A DNA stretch of 64,000 bases from Candidatus Aminicenantales bacterium (GCA_049515535.1 JBEKTZ010000014.1:1-64000), one strand, 5' to 3'; counted from the first letter of the stretch, positions 54,259 through 64,000 are shown. Notes: a model not told the origin generated them from the sequence alone. Numbers and translations are program-made.

Positions 54259-55986
54259 TCAATATCCCGCGCCGACGCCGTCGCGACGCGAATCGGCGCC
54301 GCCGTGGATGAGCTTGCCGCCCCTGAGAATCATAAGACCCTGCGCTCCGCCGAAGTATTTGTCGTAGGGATCCTTGAGCGTAATCTTGTGCCCTAATTTT
54401 TCCAGGGCTTGGAGAGTCGCCTTGGAGATGCGCGGTTCGACGGCGATCGGCCGGGCCTTTCCTCCGCTCGAGTACGTGAAAAAGCGAGGGGCTTCGATGG
54501 CTTCATCAAGGGACATCCCAAAATCGACGATGTTGATGATGATCTGGACGAGCGAAGGGAAGATCCTGGGCCCGCCGGGCGATCCCAGCGAAAGGAAGGG
54601 CTTGCCGTCCTTGAACATGATCAAAGGCCCCATGTTGCTCACGGGGCGGCGATTCGGCCGCGGGGCGTTGGGCGAGTCGGGATCGGTTGAAAAATCGGCC
54701 ATATGGTCGTTGAGCAGGAACCCGGTCCCCTCGGGCACGATGCCCGTGCCGAAGAAATCGTTGATGGATTGGGTAAGGGCGACGATGTTGCCCTCCTCGT
54801 CGATGACGCCGACGTGCGTCGTGTTCTCTTTCTTTTCCTGGACCGGATCGGATTTCGCGGTGGAATATTGCCCGGCGACTCGATCGGCGCCGATCCTATT
54901 CCGGATCTCTTGGGCGTAGTCCTTGGATGTCAATAGCCCGATGGGGATCGAGACGAAGTCCGGATCGCCGTCATAGCGGTCCTTGTCGGCGAAGATGAAC
55001 CGCATCGCCTCGCTCAGGTGATGGATGGAGGCCGGCGTAGCGGGCCCCCATTTCTTGAGCGGCCAGCCTTCCGCGACGTTGAGGAGCTGGATGATATGGA
55101 GCCCGCCCGTTCCCGGCGGAGGCAGGGTGTAGATCGTATACCCCCTGTAGGTTCCCTTGATCGGATCGGCCTCGACCGGTTGGTAGGCCGCCAGGTCTTC
55201 GAGGGTCATGATGCCGTCCTTGGCCCGGACCGCGGCGACGATCTTTTTCGCGATCTCTCCCTTGTAGAATTCGTCGGGGCCTTTGGCGCAGATCAGCCTG
55301 AGCGTCGCGGCCAGCTCGGGATTCTTGAAAACCTCGCCCGGTTCGAAGGGGATGCCGCCGTTCAAATAACGGGAGCCTTCTCCCGCGTTTTTCAGCAGCT
55401 TCTCGTATTCGTCCTTGTCGATCTGGCTGAACGTGGCGCTGACGGGGAATCCCGTCTCGGCGATCTCGATGGCCCACGCGGCCGCTTGGGTCAGGCTCCG
55501 CGTCCCGTATTTCTTGAGCGCGTAGTTCCAGCCGGCCAGCATGCCCGGCACCCCGACGGCCGTGCCTCGCTCCTGCCGCCATTCATCCTGTCGCTCGCCT
55601 TTTTCCGTGAACATCGTCGGTGTGGCCGCGGCCGGGGCCTTTTCCCGGAAATTGACGATCGTGACCTTCTTTGTCCTCGCCACATAAATGACCATGAACC
55701 CGCCGCCTCCGAGGCCCGACGCGAACGGCTCGGCCGCGTTCAACGCGAACGCCGTCGCGACAGCGGCGTCCACCGCGTTCCCCCCGCGCTTGAGCATATC
55801 GAGCCCGGCCGCGGCCGCCAGCGGCTGGGCGGCGACGACCATGCCCTTCGTCCCGATATAATTAAAAGGAGCGTGCTTGTCCCGCGTCGGCTCGGGCAGG
55901 CTTCCCTTCGGCGACCGGCAAGAGAGCCCTGCAAGGACGGCCAGGAAGAGCCAGGAGATCATGGCGAGCGCGGCTGCCCGTCTCAT
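54259..55986 (-). CDS. ggt: Gamma-glutamyltransferase (lipoprotein)
   Basis: GGNAVDAA, SGLGGGGF, FREKAP, catalytic NTTH, GSPGG, ADSRRDG. Confidence 0.95.
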   Translation of the reverse strand: MRRAAALAMISWLFLAVLAGLSCRSPKGSLPEPTRDKHAPFNYIGTKGMVVAAQPLAAAAGLDMLKRGGNAVDAAVATAFALNAAEPFASGLGGGGFMVIYVARTKKVTIVNFREKAPAAATPTMFTEKGERQDEWRQERGTAVGVPGMLAGWNYALKKYGTRSLTQAAAWAIEIAETGFPVSATFSQIDKDEYEKLLKNAGEGSRYLNGGIPFEPGEVFKNPELAATLRLICAKGPDEFYKGEIAKKIVAAVRAKDGIMTLEDLAAYQPVEADPIKGTYRGYTIYTLPPPGTGGLHIIQLLNVAEGWPLKKWGPATPASIHHLSEAMRFIFADKDRYDGDPDFVSIPIGLLTSKDYAQEIRNRIGADRVAGQYSTAKSDPVQEKKENTTHVGVIDEEGNIVALTQSINDFFGTGIVPEGTGFLLNDHMADFSTDPDSPNAPRPNRRPVSNMGPLIMFKDGKPFLSLGSPGGPRIFPSLVQIIINIVDFGMSLDEAIEAPRFFTYSSGGKARPIAVEPRISKATLQALEKLGHKITLKDPYDKYFGGAQGLMILRGGKLIHGGADSRRDGVGAGY

Positions 55987-56519
55987 GCGTTTTCCTCCTG
56001 CATGAGCTTTTTGAGCTCTTCCTCGGACGGCAGGTCTTCGACGGCGTTCAGACCGAAATAGGCCAGAAATTTTTCGGTCGTCCGATAGAGGAGAGGCCGT
56101 CCCGGAGCCTCTTTGCGCCCGACGATCTTGATCAATTTATTCTCGAGCAGGGTGTGCAGGGAGTAGGTCGAGTCCACGCTGCGGATCGCCGAGATCTCCG
56201 CCTGCGTCACGGGTTGATGATAGGCGACGGCCGACAGAGTTTCAAGGGCCTGGCCCGAGAGCTTCTTCTTCCGTTCGATTTGGAGCAGGCGGCGGACATA
56301 TGGATCGTGCTCGGGCTTGGTCGAAAAGACATAGCCCCCCGCCGTCTGGATGATGCGGATGGCGCCGCCGCTCGTCTCGTAGGTCGTGACGAGCGCCTGG
56401 ATCGTCTGGGCGATGTCCGTTTCGGGGACTTCCGTCAGGACTTCCTTCATTTTCTCGACGGTCAGCGGCTCGACCGAGATGAAAATCAGAGCTTCGAGGA
56501 TTTCTTTGAGGTTTTCCAT
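55983..56519 (-). CDS. scpB: SMC-Scp complex subunit ScpB
   Basis: LEALIF, LETLSAVAYHQPVT, PGRPLLYRTT..FGL. Confidence 0.96.
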   Translation of the reverse strand: MENLKEILEALIFISVEPLTVEKMKEVLTEVPETDIAQTIQALVTTYETSGGAIRIIQTAGGYVFSTKPEHDPYVRRLLQIERKKKLSGQALETLSAVAYHQPVTQAEISAIRSVDSTYSLHTLLENKLIKIVGRKEAPGRPLLYRTTEKFLAYFGLNAVEDLPSEEELKKLMQEENA

Positions 56520-57283
56520 TAATCATCCACCTTCGCCGGCGTCGGGGCGTCTTTTCTCAGCCAGACCTTGATCGTGTGGAAGAGCTGCTCCTGGATGGCG
56601 ACGACGAGCCTGGCCTTGATGAGCTCGAGGAGGCAAAAGAACGCGATCAGCGCCTCTTCGATCGTTTCCTGGGCGTCGAGGTATTCGAGGAAATCGAGGA
56701 AGGAGCGCTCCTTGAGGACGGCCACGATCTCGTCCATCTTTTCGGCCATGGAGACTTCCTTGCCCTTGATGACACGCTGGTTCTCGTTCTGCTTCCGCTT
56801 CATGAGAGTGAAAAACGACTCGGCCAGGTCGAACAGGGAGACCTCGATGAGGTCGAGGTCCTCTTCGGGCAGGGGGGCCGTGAGGGCCGTGCGCTTCCAG
56901 ATCTGGGACATCTCGTCCTCTTTTTCGCGCAGGACGGAGCAAACGGCCTTGATCTTCTGGTAATCCACGAGGCGGTCGACAAGCTCTTTCCGGGGGTCCA
57001 CATCGGGCTCGATGGGCTGCTCGCGCGGCAGCAATATCTGCGACTTAATGTAGATAAGCAGCGCGGCCATGAGGAGGAATTCGGCCTCTCGGTCGAGGTT
57101 GATCCGCTCCTTGCGGCCGAGATAATCCAGATATTCCCGGGTGATGACGGCGATCGGGATGTCGTGGATGTCGATCTTTTTCTTCTTGATCAGGAAAAGG
57201 AGGAGGTCGAGCGGACCTTCAAAGATCTGGAGCTTGACCAGGTAGCCGTCGTCGGCCGGGGTTGGTTGGATATCCTCTAGCAT
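56519..57283 (-). CDS. scpA: Segregation and condensation protein ScpA
   Basis: FEGPLDLLLFLI, FLLMAALLIYIKS, FFCLLELIK. Confidence 0.96.
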   Translation of the reverse strand: MLEDIQPTPADDGYLVKLQIFEGPLDLLLFLIKKKKIDIHDIPIAVITREYLDYLGRKERINLDREAEFLLMAALLIYIKSQILLPREQPIEPDVDPRKELVDRLVDYQKIKAVCSVLREKEDEMSQIWKRTALTAPLPEEDLDLIEVSLFDLAESFFTLMKRKQNENQRVIKGKEVSMAEKMDEIVAVLKERSFLDFLEYLDAQETIEEALIAFFCLLELIKARLVVAIQEQLFHTIKVWLRKDAPTPAKVDD

Positions 57284-57289
57284 GATGCG

Positions 57290-58282
57290 CTAAAAGCCCA
57301 ACGCCGTCCGGACTTCGACCATTGTCTCATGGGCGACGCGGCGCGCTTTTTTGTTGCCTTCTTCGAGGATGTCCCAGACCGCTTCCGGGTTTTTTTCAAA
57401 CGCCCTGCGGCGCTCTTGGATGGGCTCGAGAGTCCGGATCAAATGTTCGAGCATGGCGTTTTTGCATTCGCGGCAGCCGATGCCCGCCGTTCGGCAGCCT
57501 TGGGCGATCTCGTCGCGCTCTTCCCTGGGGACGAAGGCCTTGTGCAGCGTGAATACCGGGCAGTCGTCCGGCTCGCCCGGATCGCTCCGGCGCATCCGGC
57601 GCGTGTCCGTGATCATGGGCATGATCTTCCGACGAATGACTTCCGGCGGATCCTTGATGAGGATGGCGTTGCCGAAGGACTTGCTCATTTTGCGGCCGTC
57701 CGTGCCGGCCAGGCGGGGAATTTCTGTGAGGAGGGTTTGCGGTTCGGGAAAAATCGGCCCGAAGATCCGGTTGAAGCGCCGGATGATCTCGCGCGTGAGT
57801 TCGAGATGGGCGGCCTGGTCCTCGCCCACAGGGACGAAATTTGCCTTGTAAATGACGATGTCGGCGGCCTGCAGGACGGGATAGCCGAGAAAGCCATAGG
57901 TATTGAGGTCCTTGTCCTGGATCTCCTGCTGCATCTCTTTGAATGTCGGAACGCGCTCGAGCCAGGGGAGCGGCGTGACCATGGAAAGGATCAGATGGAG
58001 TTCGGCGTGCTCTTTGACTTCCGACTGAAGAAACATGACGCATTTTTCCGGGTCGAGGCCGATGCCAAGCCAGTCAAGGGCCACTTCCAGGGTGTTGCCC
58101 TTGATCGAAGCGGAATTCATGTATCCCGAGCTCAGGGCATGCCAGCCGGCGACGGCGTAAAAACAGCGGTAGATGTCCTGGAGCCTCAGCCAGTTCTTGA
58201 GGGCGCCGACCAGGTTGCCCAAATGCTGGGGGCCGGTGGGCCGGACGCCGCTGAGGACGATCTTCTTTTTTTGTTCGTTCAT
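57290..58282 (-). CDS. trpS: Tryptophan--tRNA ligase
   Basis: SGVRPTG..HLGN, YPVLQAADI, VPVGEDQ, KMSKS; ATG overlaps the upstream TGA. Confidence 0.96.
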   Translation of the reverse strand: MNEQKKKIVLSGVRPTGPQHLGNLVGALKNWLRLQDIYRCFYAVAGWHALSSGYMNSASIKGNTLEVALDWLGIGLDPEKCVMFLQSEVKEHAELHLILSMVTPLPWLERVPTFKEMQQEIQDKDLNTYGFLGYPVLQAADIVIYKANFVPVGEDQAAHLELTREIIRRFNRIFGPIFPEPQTLLTEIPRLAGTDGRKMSKSFGNAILIKDPPEVIRRKIMPMITDTRRMRRSDPGEPDDCPVFTLHKAFVPREERDEIAQGCRTAGIGCRECKNAMLEHLIRTLEPIQERRRAFEKNPEAVWDILEEGNKKARRVAHETMVEVRTALGF

Positions 58283-58980
58283 CCGAGAAAAATGAAGAAA
58301 AGGAATTTCAAGGGCTCGATGATGAAGCTGAGAAAGCCCATATAGACCAGGAAAATGACGATGATGAATCCGAAGGGCCGAAGGCGATCGAATTTTTGGG
58401 CCCATTCGTCCGAAAGCAGTCCCATCAAGATGCCGCTGCCGTCCAGGGGAGGGATCGGGATCAAATTGAAGATCGCGAAATAGCAGTTCATGATCAGCAG
58501 CATGAACAGAAACAGCGCCGCGCTCTCAGCGGGATGAAAGCCGCCGAGGGGGAACGGCACCAAGAACCCTCGCTGCATTTTCAAGCTTATGACAAGATCT
58601 CTCAGGAATTCGGCCGCCCTCGTGCTGACGAGCTTCATGATGAACAAGAGGATGAACGCGGTCGCGGCGGCGATGAGGTTCGAGGCGGGCCCGGCGAAGG
58701 AGATCCAGAGATTGTCCCGGCGGGGGTTTCTCAGATTGTAGGGATTGACGGGAACGGGCTTGGCCCAGCCGAAGGCCGGCAGCCCGACCAGCGAGAGCAG
58801 GACGGGGAGCATGATCGTGCCGACGGGGTCGATATGGGCGATGGGATTGAGCGTCACCCGGCCCAGGTTGTGGGCGGTCGGGTCCCCCATTTTATTGGCC
58901 GCCCAGCCATGCGAAGCTTCATGGATCGTGATGGCGAACAGCACGATAAAAAGCTGCATGACGATCATTAAAACATTCAT
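58279..58980 (-). CDS. Site-2 protease (peptidase M50)
   Basis: HEASH, AGPASN, FNLIPIPPLDG; own TTGCCT-17-TATAAA promoter upstream. Confidence 0.93.
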   Translation of the reverse strand: MNVLMIVMQLFIVLFAITIHEASHGWAANKMGDPTAHNLGRVTLNPIAHIDPVGTIMLPVLLSLVGLPAFGWAKPVPVNPYNLRNPRRDNLWISFAGPASNLIAAATAFILLFIMKLVSTRAAEFLRDLVISLKMQRGFLVPFPLGGFHPAESAALFLFMLLIMNCYFAIFNLIPIPPLDGSGILMGLLSDEWAQKFDRLRPFGFIIVIFLVYMGFLSFIIEPLKFLFFIFLG

Positions 58981-59071
58981 GGTAAACCCGGCCGTATTTA
59001 TAGCATAAGAGAGGGCGACAGGCAAGAAGGAGAACTCGGGGCATGTCGTTGGAAACCACGCGGATTTTCCC

Positions 59072-59328
59072 CAGCGCGGGTTCTGCAGATTGTGCGGATT
59101 GACCGGGACGGGTTTGGCCCAGCCGAACGCGGGAAAGCCGACGAGCGAGAGCATGACGGGCAAAAGGACCGTCCCGATGGGGTCGATATGGGCCAGCGGG
59201 TTGAGCGTCACCCGGCCCAGGTTGTGGGCGGTCGGGTCGCCCATTTTATATGCCGCCCAGCCGTGCGACGCCTCATGCACCGTGATGGCGAACAGGAGCA
59301 CGAACAGCTGGAGGGCGATGGCGCTCAG
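59072..59328 (-). pseudogene. Partial duplicated N-terminus of the site-2 protease gene
   Basis: About 85 codons paralogous to the downstream gene (HEASHGWAA..FGWAKPVPVNP); start position is CTG; C-terminal part absent. Confidence 0.8.
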
Positions 59329-59430
59329 GGAAAACCAGGGCGTATTAATAACATATCAGGGCGGGGAACGTAAAGACGAGGAGCGACGCCGACACGAAAC
59401 TGCGCATCCGGAATGCGTCGCCGTGATCGT

Positions 59431-60375
59431 TTAGAGTTTTATGGCGGCGAGAATCGTGATGGCGTTGTGCTTCATCGAAAACGTGTCCGTCGAATCGTAC
59501 GGCTTATTGAGCTTCGAGAGCCCGAGTTGATAGCCAGCCTTGACCATCAGGACCATCCCGCCCAGGTCGAGGTCGATGCCGGCCCCGAGCGAGACGCCGA
59601 AATGCAATCGGTTAAAATAAACATTTCCGCTGGAATCCGCCTGGAAGAGGTCTTCGCTCTCGCCTACCGCCGGAATGTATTTCGCCGAGAACAGGTAGCC
59701 GATATAAGGTCCCACAGTGACAAACGGCCCGTTGAAGCTGATCTTGACATCGATGGGGATTATGACGCCGCTGAGGGAATAAGAATCGGTGTAGGATTTG
59801 TTGTCGCTCCCCGTGTAATCCAAATTAGCCCCGGCCGTGGAATAAAACAAACCCGGCATGATCGAGATGTTCGGACTCAGCGCCATTTCGTATCCGCCCC
59901 CGAACTGGAAGCCCATTTTCATCTTTTTCTTAACGCCCCATTGATCCAACGAGCTTTGCGTCTCTGAATCGAAAGATAGATTCGACATTAGGAGCCCGGC
60001 CCCGATGAAAAGGCCGCCGGCCGGTTTCGTCCCGGCCGATGCTCCTGAGGAAGCCCTGGGGGCGGTATAGGCGGGGGCCGAGGGGGCTGCATAGGAGGGC
60101 GTGCCGCCGATTTCTTCGACGACATCCGCGTTGATATAACCGGTCAGGGCTTTCCCGGTCGCGTCCGCGGCGGTGATCTCATACCAATTGCCCGTCTTTT
60201 TGACGACTTCGAACATCGTGCCCAAGGTGGCACGGCTGATCACTGCGGATTGGGCGTCGGGCTGCTGGCGAATATTGGCGGTTTGGACTTTGACCTTGAT
60301 GATCGCGGCCTCGGTGGCGGCGGCAAAGGCAAAGAACAAAAATACGACGAAAAGCGAAACCAGGGTTTTTTTCAT
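59431..60375 (-). CDS. SH3b-domain plus outer-membrane beta-barrel protein
   Basis: Signal peptide; ANIRQQPD..GNWYEI SH3; linker; amphipathic beta strands; AAAGGAGG RBS. Confidence 0.8.
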   Translation of the reverse strand: MKKTLVSLFVVFLFFAFAAATEAAIIKVKVQTANIRQQPDAQSAVISRATLGTMFEVVKKTGNWYEITAADATGKALTGYINADVVEEIGGTPSYAAPSAPAYTAPRASSGASAGTKPAGGLFIGAGLLMSNLSFDSETQSSLDQWGVKKKMKMGFQFGGGYEMALSPNISIMPGLFYSTAGANLDYTGSDNKSYTDSYSLSGVIIPIDVKISFNGPFVTVGPYIGYLFSAKYIPAVGESEDLFQADSSGNVYFNRLHFGVSLGAGIDLDLGGMVLMVKAGYQLGLSKLNKPYDSTDTFSMKHNAITILAAIKL

Positions 60376-60531
60376 CGGTCCTCCTTTCCCTCCTATAATA
60401 TTGGGTCGGTCGGGGGGTGTCAAGCTCCGTTTCTGAATTTGATAAAATTCAAAGGTGGTGGGATCTTGCCATCTAAAAAAATCCCCCGCTCTCTCCTCCA
60501 ACAAAGGGAAACAGGGGGGATTCTTGTCGCC

Positions 60532-60572
60532 AATAAAAGACCAGGGACGAGGACCGAGGTCCTCGTCCCTGG
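60532..60572 (-). terminator. Intrinsic terminator of the redox operon
   Basis: Perfect inverted repeat CCAGGGACGAGGACC/GGTCCTCGTCCCTGG followed on the minus strand by TCTTTTATT. Confidence 0.8.
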
Positions 60573-60584
60573 AATACAGTCCGG

Positions 60585-62165
60585 TTATCCCTTGAGGATC
60601 TTGGCGACTTCGTCCTTGTCCACATCGAGGACGTACGGAATACCGCTGATGTCCGCGGCTTCCTTGGTCAAAGAGGCGATGTCGTCTCTCGTGATGTAGT
60701 TCAGGGCGAACTTGCGGTTTCCGGTCATGAGCTGGCGCAGGCCCTGGTTCAGTCTCTTGAAGTAGGAATAGACGCCCATGGCGCCGGTCGAGAGCTGGGA
60801 GAATTTCTTCCCGTATGTCCTCTTGAGCTCGGGGGCGGTCACGAAGATCTCTTCCTTGCTGTTGCCGAACCGCTCGACGTAGACCGGAATCTGGCCTTCG
60901 TCGATGCGCTTGCCGATGGTCTTGCCGACCATGGCCGCGGCCAATGGGCTGCGGGCCATGCCGACGGCCTTGACGTAAGGCGCGCCGAGGGCGAGGGCCT
61001 TGAAGATCTGGTCTTCGAAGGTAATGCCGCCGGCCAGGACGATGTCGGGCACGTATTCGCCCTGCTTGGCCAGCTGATGGGCATATTTATAGGTCAGGGA
61101 CCAGATCTCGACGCAGGGAATGCCCCATTCGTTCATCATCCGCCAGGGGCTCATGCCCGTTCCGCCGCCGGCTCCGTCCACCGTCAGCATGTCGAGCTTG
61201 GCTTTGGAAGCGTATTTGACGGCGCGGGCGAGGTCCGCGGGCCGGTAGGCTCCGGTCTTCAGGAAGACGTACTTGGCGCCGGCTTTGCGAAGTTGCTCGA
61301 CCCGTTTCATGAAACTGTCTTCCTCGACCATGCCGAGGCGGGAATGGCGCTCGAATTCCTTGAAGCTCCCTTTCTCGAAGGACTGAACGACGTTCGGGTC
61401 ATCGGGGTCGGGAAGGACGATGTAACCGCGGCGCTTCAATTCCTGGGCCTTTTTCAGGCTCTTGATTTTGACCTCGCCGCCGATGTCCTTGGCGCCCTGG
61501 CCCCACTTGAGCTCGACCGCTTCGATGCCCAGCTGGTTGATGGCATATTCCTGGACCCCGAGCCGCGTGTCCTCGACGTTGGCCTGAACGACGACGGCGC
61601 CGTAGCCGTCGGTTTGCCAGTCTTTGAAGGACTTGATCCGGAATTCCATGTCGGGGCTGCGGAGGACCCGGCCGTTCTTGATCTCCGATTCCTCGTCCAT
61701 GGCGCAGACGTTCTCGCCGATGGTGAGGATGGTTCCGGCGATGGCCGCGCCGCTGGCCAGCCCTACCCAATTCGACCGGGCGACGTTCGTCGAGCCCATC
61801 CCCGGGATGACGAAGGGGACTTTGAGCTTGATCGACTTATCGCGGCCGATGCGGGTTTCGATGGTCACTTTCTCGAACGTGGCCTTATCGCTGTCCGCTT
61901 CGACGCCATAGGCGCCGACGGCCGTGCCCATGACGCTGAAATGGGAAAGGTCGACGGGGTAGTCTTTTTCCGAACCCGCCGTGATGATTCCGAACGGCTG
62001 GGGATAAAGGACTTCCGCTCCCCGGTAGGCCGATTTCCCGATTTCGCACATCCCGATGCAGCCGTCCACGCAGGTGACGCACATCCCGCTGAGGGAGCTG
62101 ATCGATCCTTCGGTCCTGTTCTTGGTTAAAGTCGCCGCACTCCGATTCAATTTCGTATAAGACAT
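60585..62165 (-). CDS. FMN-binding glutamate synthase family protein (stand-alone, N-terminal Cys cluster)
   Basis: CVTCVDGCIGMCE, GMGS, GEN, ELKWGQGAKDIGGE, DGAGGGTG; GGAGGT RBS before MSYTKLNRS. Confidence 0.9.
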   Translation of the reverse strand: MSYTKLNRSAATLTKNRTEGSISSLSGMCVTCVDGCIGMCEIGKSAYRGAEVLYPQPFGIITAGSEKDYPVDLSHFSVMGTAVGAYGVEADSDKATFEKVTIETRIGRDKSIKLKVPFVIPGMGSTNVARSNWVGLASGAAIAGTILTIGENVCAMDEESEIKNGRVLRSPDMEFRIKSFKDWQTDGYGAVVVQANVEDTRLGVQEYAINQLGIEAVELKWGQGAKDIGGEVKIKSLKKAQELKRRGYIVLPDPDDPNVVQSFEKGSFKEFERHSRLGMVEEDSFMKRVEQLRKAGAKYVFLKTGAYRPADLARAVKYASKAKLDMLTVDGAGGGTGMSPWRMMNEWGIPCVEIWSLTYKYAHQLAKQGEYVPDIVLAGGITFEDQIFKALALGAPYVKAVGMARSPLAAAMVGKTIGKRIDEGQIPVYVERFGNSKEEIFVTAPELKRTYGKKFSQLSTGAMGVYSYFKRLNQGLRQLMTGNRKFALNYITRDDIASLTKEAADISGIPYVLDVDKDEVAKILKG

Positions 62166-62226
62166 GATGATTACCTCCTTATGGTCTTTATTTCCAATTT
62201 GACTGTTGCCATGGATTCCCGCGTCG

Positions 62227-62910
62227 TCATTTCTGCTTTTCCTGGACGCACATGCCGCAGCGGCCGGCGTCATACATCCAGCAGGTGAGCTCGCCGTATT
62301 CGTCCAGGCACGTCGGTTCGACCTGCAGGCAGGCGTTGCAGATGTCCGTATCCGCGTTCGGGCCGCCGCAGCGGGCCGCGCAGGCCGGACAGACATACAT
62401 GCACGCTCCGCAGAGGCGGCACTCCTCGGACCGGATGTCGAACGGCGTCCCGATCTTCCGCTTGTAGCCGCGATTCTGGAAGCCGATCGCCCGGGCGTCC
62501 ATTTGCTCGTCGCACATCCGGATGCAGAGGCCGCAGTGAACGCATTCCTCGTTGCGCGGCTTGAACCTCTGCTGGGTGACGCCGAACTTCGAGGCCAGGT
62601 CCTGGATCTCCTTCGACATCGGCGCGGTCGAGAGCATGAGCTCGATCATCATCCGCCGCGTCTTGATCACCCGCTTCGTGTCGGTGTGGACGACCAGGCC
62701 CTCCTCGGCCGGGTAGGTGCACGACGTGACCAGCTTGGTCTTCGGGCCCTCCCCGATCTCGACGAGGCACAGGCGGCAGCCGCCCCAGGGCGTCAGTCCT
62801 TCGTTGTAGCAGAGGGTCGGGATCTCGAGGCCGTAGAAGCGGGCCGTGTCGAGAATCGTCCAGCCGTCCTCCGCCGTCACGTCCAAATTGTTCATCTTGA
62901 AAGTGATCAT
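62227..62910 (-). CDS. NuoG/HydA N-terminal-like Fe-S protein (2Fe-2S, 2x4Fe-4S, extra Cys-rich tail)
   Basis: [40 protein letters not shown]; tail CNAC..CGMC. Confidence 0.9.
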   Translation of the reverse strand: MITFKMNNLDVTAEDGWTILDTARFYGLEIPTLCYNEGLTPWGGCRLCLVEIGEGPKTKLVTSCTYPAEEGLVVHTDTKRVIKTRRMMIELMLSTAPMSKEIQDLASKFGVTQQRFKPRNEECVHCGLCIRMCDEQMDARAIGFQNRGYKRKIGTPFDIRSEECRLCGACMYVCPACAARCGGPNADTDICNACLQVEPTCLDEYGELTCWMYDAGRCGMCVQEKQK

Positions 62911-64000
62911 CTCGCTCTCTCCACGATCCGGATCGCTTCGTCGCGCAGCGTCTCGATGGCCTCAAACCTGCAGGCCTCGAAGCAGGCGCCGCACTTGATG
63001 CATTTGTCTTGCTCGATCGTGTGGACTTCCTTGAGCGTTCCCCGAATGGCGTCCTTGGGGCACGCTGTTTTGCAGGCCAGGCAGCCCGTGCATCTGTCGG
63101 GGATGACCTCGTACTGGATGAGGGCGAGGCAGACGCCGGCCGGACAACGTTTCTCTTTGATGTGGGTCTCGAACTCCCGTTTGAAGTAGCGAAGGGTCGA
63201 TAGAATGGGATTGGCGGCCGTCTGCCCGAGGCCGCACATGGAGCCGTCCATCGTCGCCGTCGCCAGCTCCTGAAGGAGCTCGATATCGCTCGGTTTCCCT
63301 TGGCCCTCGGTGATGGCTTTGACGATCTCCCACATTCGCTGCGTGCCCTCGCGGCAGGAGACGCACTTGCCGCAGGATTCATCCCGGAGGAAATTGAGGA
63401 AGTACTTGGCGACGTCGACCATACAGGTCTTGTCGTCCATGACGATCATCCCCCCCGAACCCATCATGGCCCCGGCCCCGGTCAGGCTTTCGTAGTCGAT
63501 GGGTAAATCCAGGAGTTTGGCGGGGATACAGCCGCCCGAAGGGCCGCCGATCTGGACCGCCTTGAACTTCCGCCCGTCGGGAATGCCGCCGCCGATGCCG
63601 TAGATGACGTCCCGGAGGCTGATGCCCATCGGCACTTCGACCAGCCCCGTATTGTTGATCTTACCGACGAGCGAGAAAATTTTCGTCCCTTTGCTCGTTT
63701 CCGTCCCGAGGCTCGCAAACCAGGCCGCGCCGCGCCGGATGATGTTGGGGACGGTGGCCCAGGTCTCGACGTTGTTGATCGTCGTCGGCATCCCCATGTA
63801 GCCCTTTTGGGCGGGATAGGGAGGCCGCTGTCGGGGGTTGCCGATTCGGCCCTCCACGGAAGCGATCAGGGCCGTCTCTTCTCCGGAGACGAAGGCCCCC
63901 GCGCCCTGAACGACCTCGACGTCGAAGTTGAACCCGGTGTCGAGGATATTTTTCCCGAGGAGGCCGTAATCCTTCGCCTGACGGATAGCGATCTCCATCC
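62907..64000 (-). CDS. NuoF/HydB-like NADH-binding subunit with C-terminal 2x4Fe-4S (5' end outside the window)
   Basis: [63 protein letters not shown]. Confidence 0.93.
   Translation of the reverse strand, partial: MEIAIRQAKDYGLLGKNILDTGFNFDVEVVQGAGAFVSGEETALIASVEGRIGNPRQRPPYPAQKGYMGMPTTINNVETWATVPNIIRRGAAWFASLGTETSKGTKIFSLVGKINNTGLVEVPMGISLRDVIYGIGGGIPDGRKFKAVQIGGPSGGCIPAKLLDLPIDYESLTGAGAMMGSGGMIVMDDKTCMVDVAKYFLNFLRDESCGKCVSCREGTQRMWEIVKAITEGQGKPSDIELLQELATATMDGSMCGLGQTAANPILSTLRYFKREFETHIKEKRCPAGVCLALIQYEVIPDRCTGCLACKTACPKDAIRGTLKEVHTIEQDKCIKCGACFEACRFEAIETLRDEAIRIVERAR

Noticed and set aside
59377..59430. Possible ribozyme or riboswitch downstream of the beta-barrel gene
   Set aside because: Only an imperfect hairpin; no hammerhead core or recognisable riboswitch motif
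62166..62396. 603-aa version of the FMN protein
   Set aside because: The extension overlaps the Fe-S gene; a GGAGGT RBS supports the start at 62165

Overview
GC-rich bacterial chromosome segment. Gene style (diderm lipoproteins, DUF4388-like protein, ECF sigma/anti-sigma pair, Bfu/Nuo-like redox subunits) suggests an anaerobic Acidobacteriota/Ca. Aminicenantes-like organism; this is inference only. Most of the window is housekeeping: miaA-hflX, accBC, nagA, ffh, rpsP-khpA-rimM-trmD-rplS-rnhB, ispH-rpsA-IHF-HIT-ppiD, trpS-scpAB, plus sugar and amino-acid utilisation genes. The clearest accessory element is a decayed integron at about 26.3-29.0 kb. It has a 5'-truncated intI pseudogene pointing towards its cassettes (inverted-integrase layout), a palindrome-rich attI, three complete cassettes with verifiable attC sites (lipoprotein, PD-(D/E)XK-like nuclease, trypsin-like protease) and a truncated fourth cassette. 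Other candidates for undescribed systems are: a ggt / DUF6305-like / DctM-like / 47-aa peptide / deacylase operon; a NuoF/NuoG-like (HydB/Bfu-type) module coupled to a stand-alone FMN glutamate-synthase-family protein; a tandem active plus catalytically degenerate phosphohexomutase pair; two families of modular hairpin repeats; a circularly permuted malectin domain; a T9-split rimM; and a degenerate partial duplication of a site-2 protease gene. No rRNA, tRNA or CRISPR array was seen. All family names come from motif recognition, not database searches.
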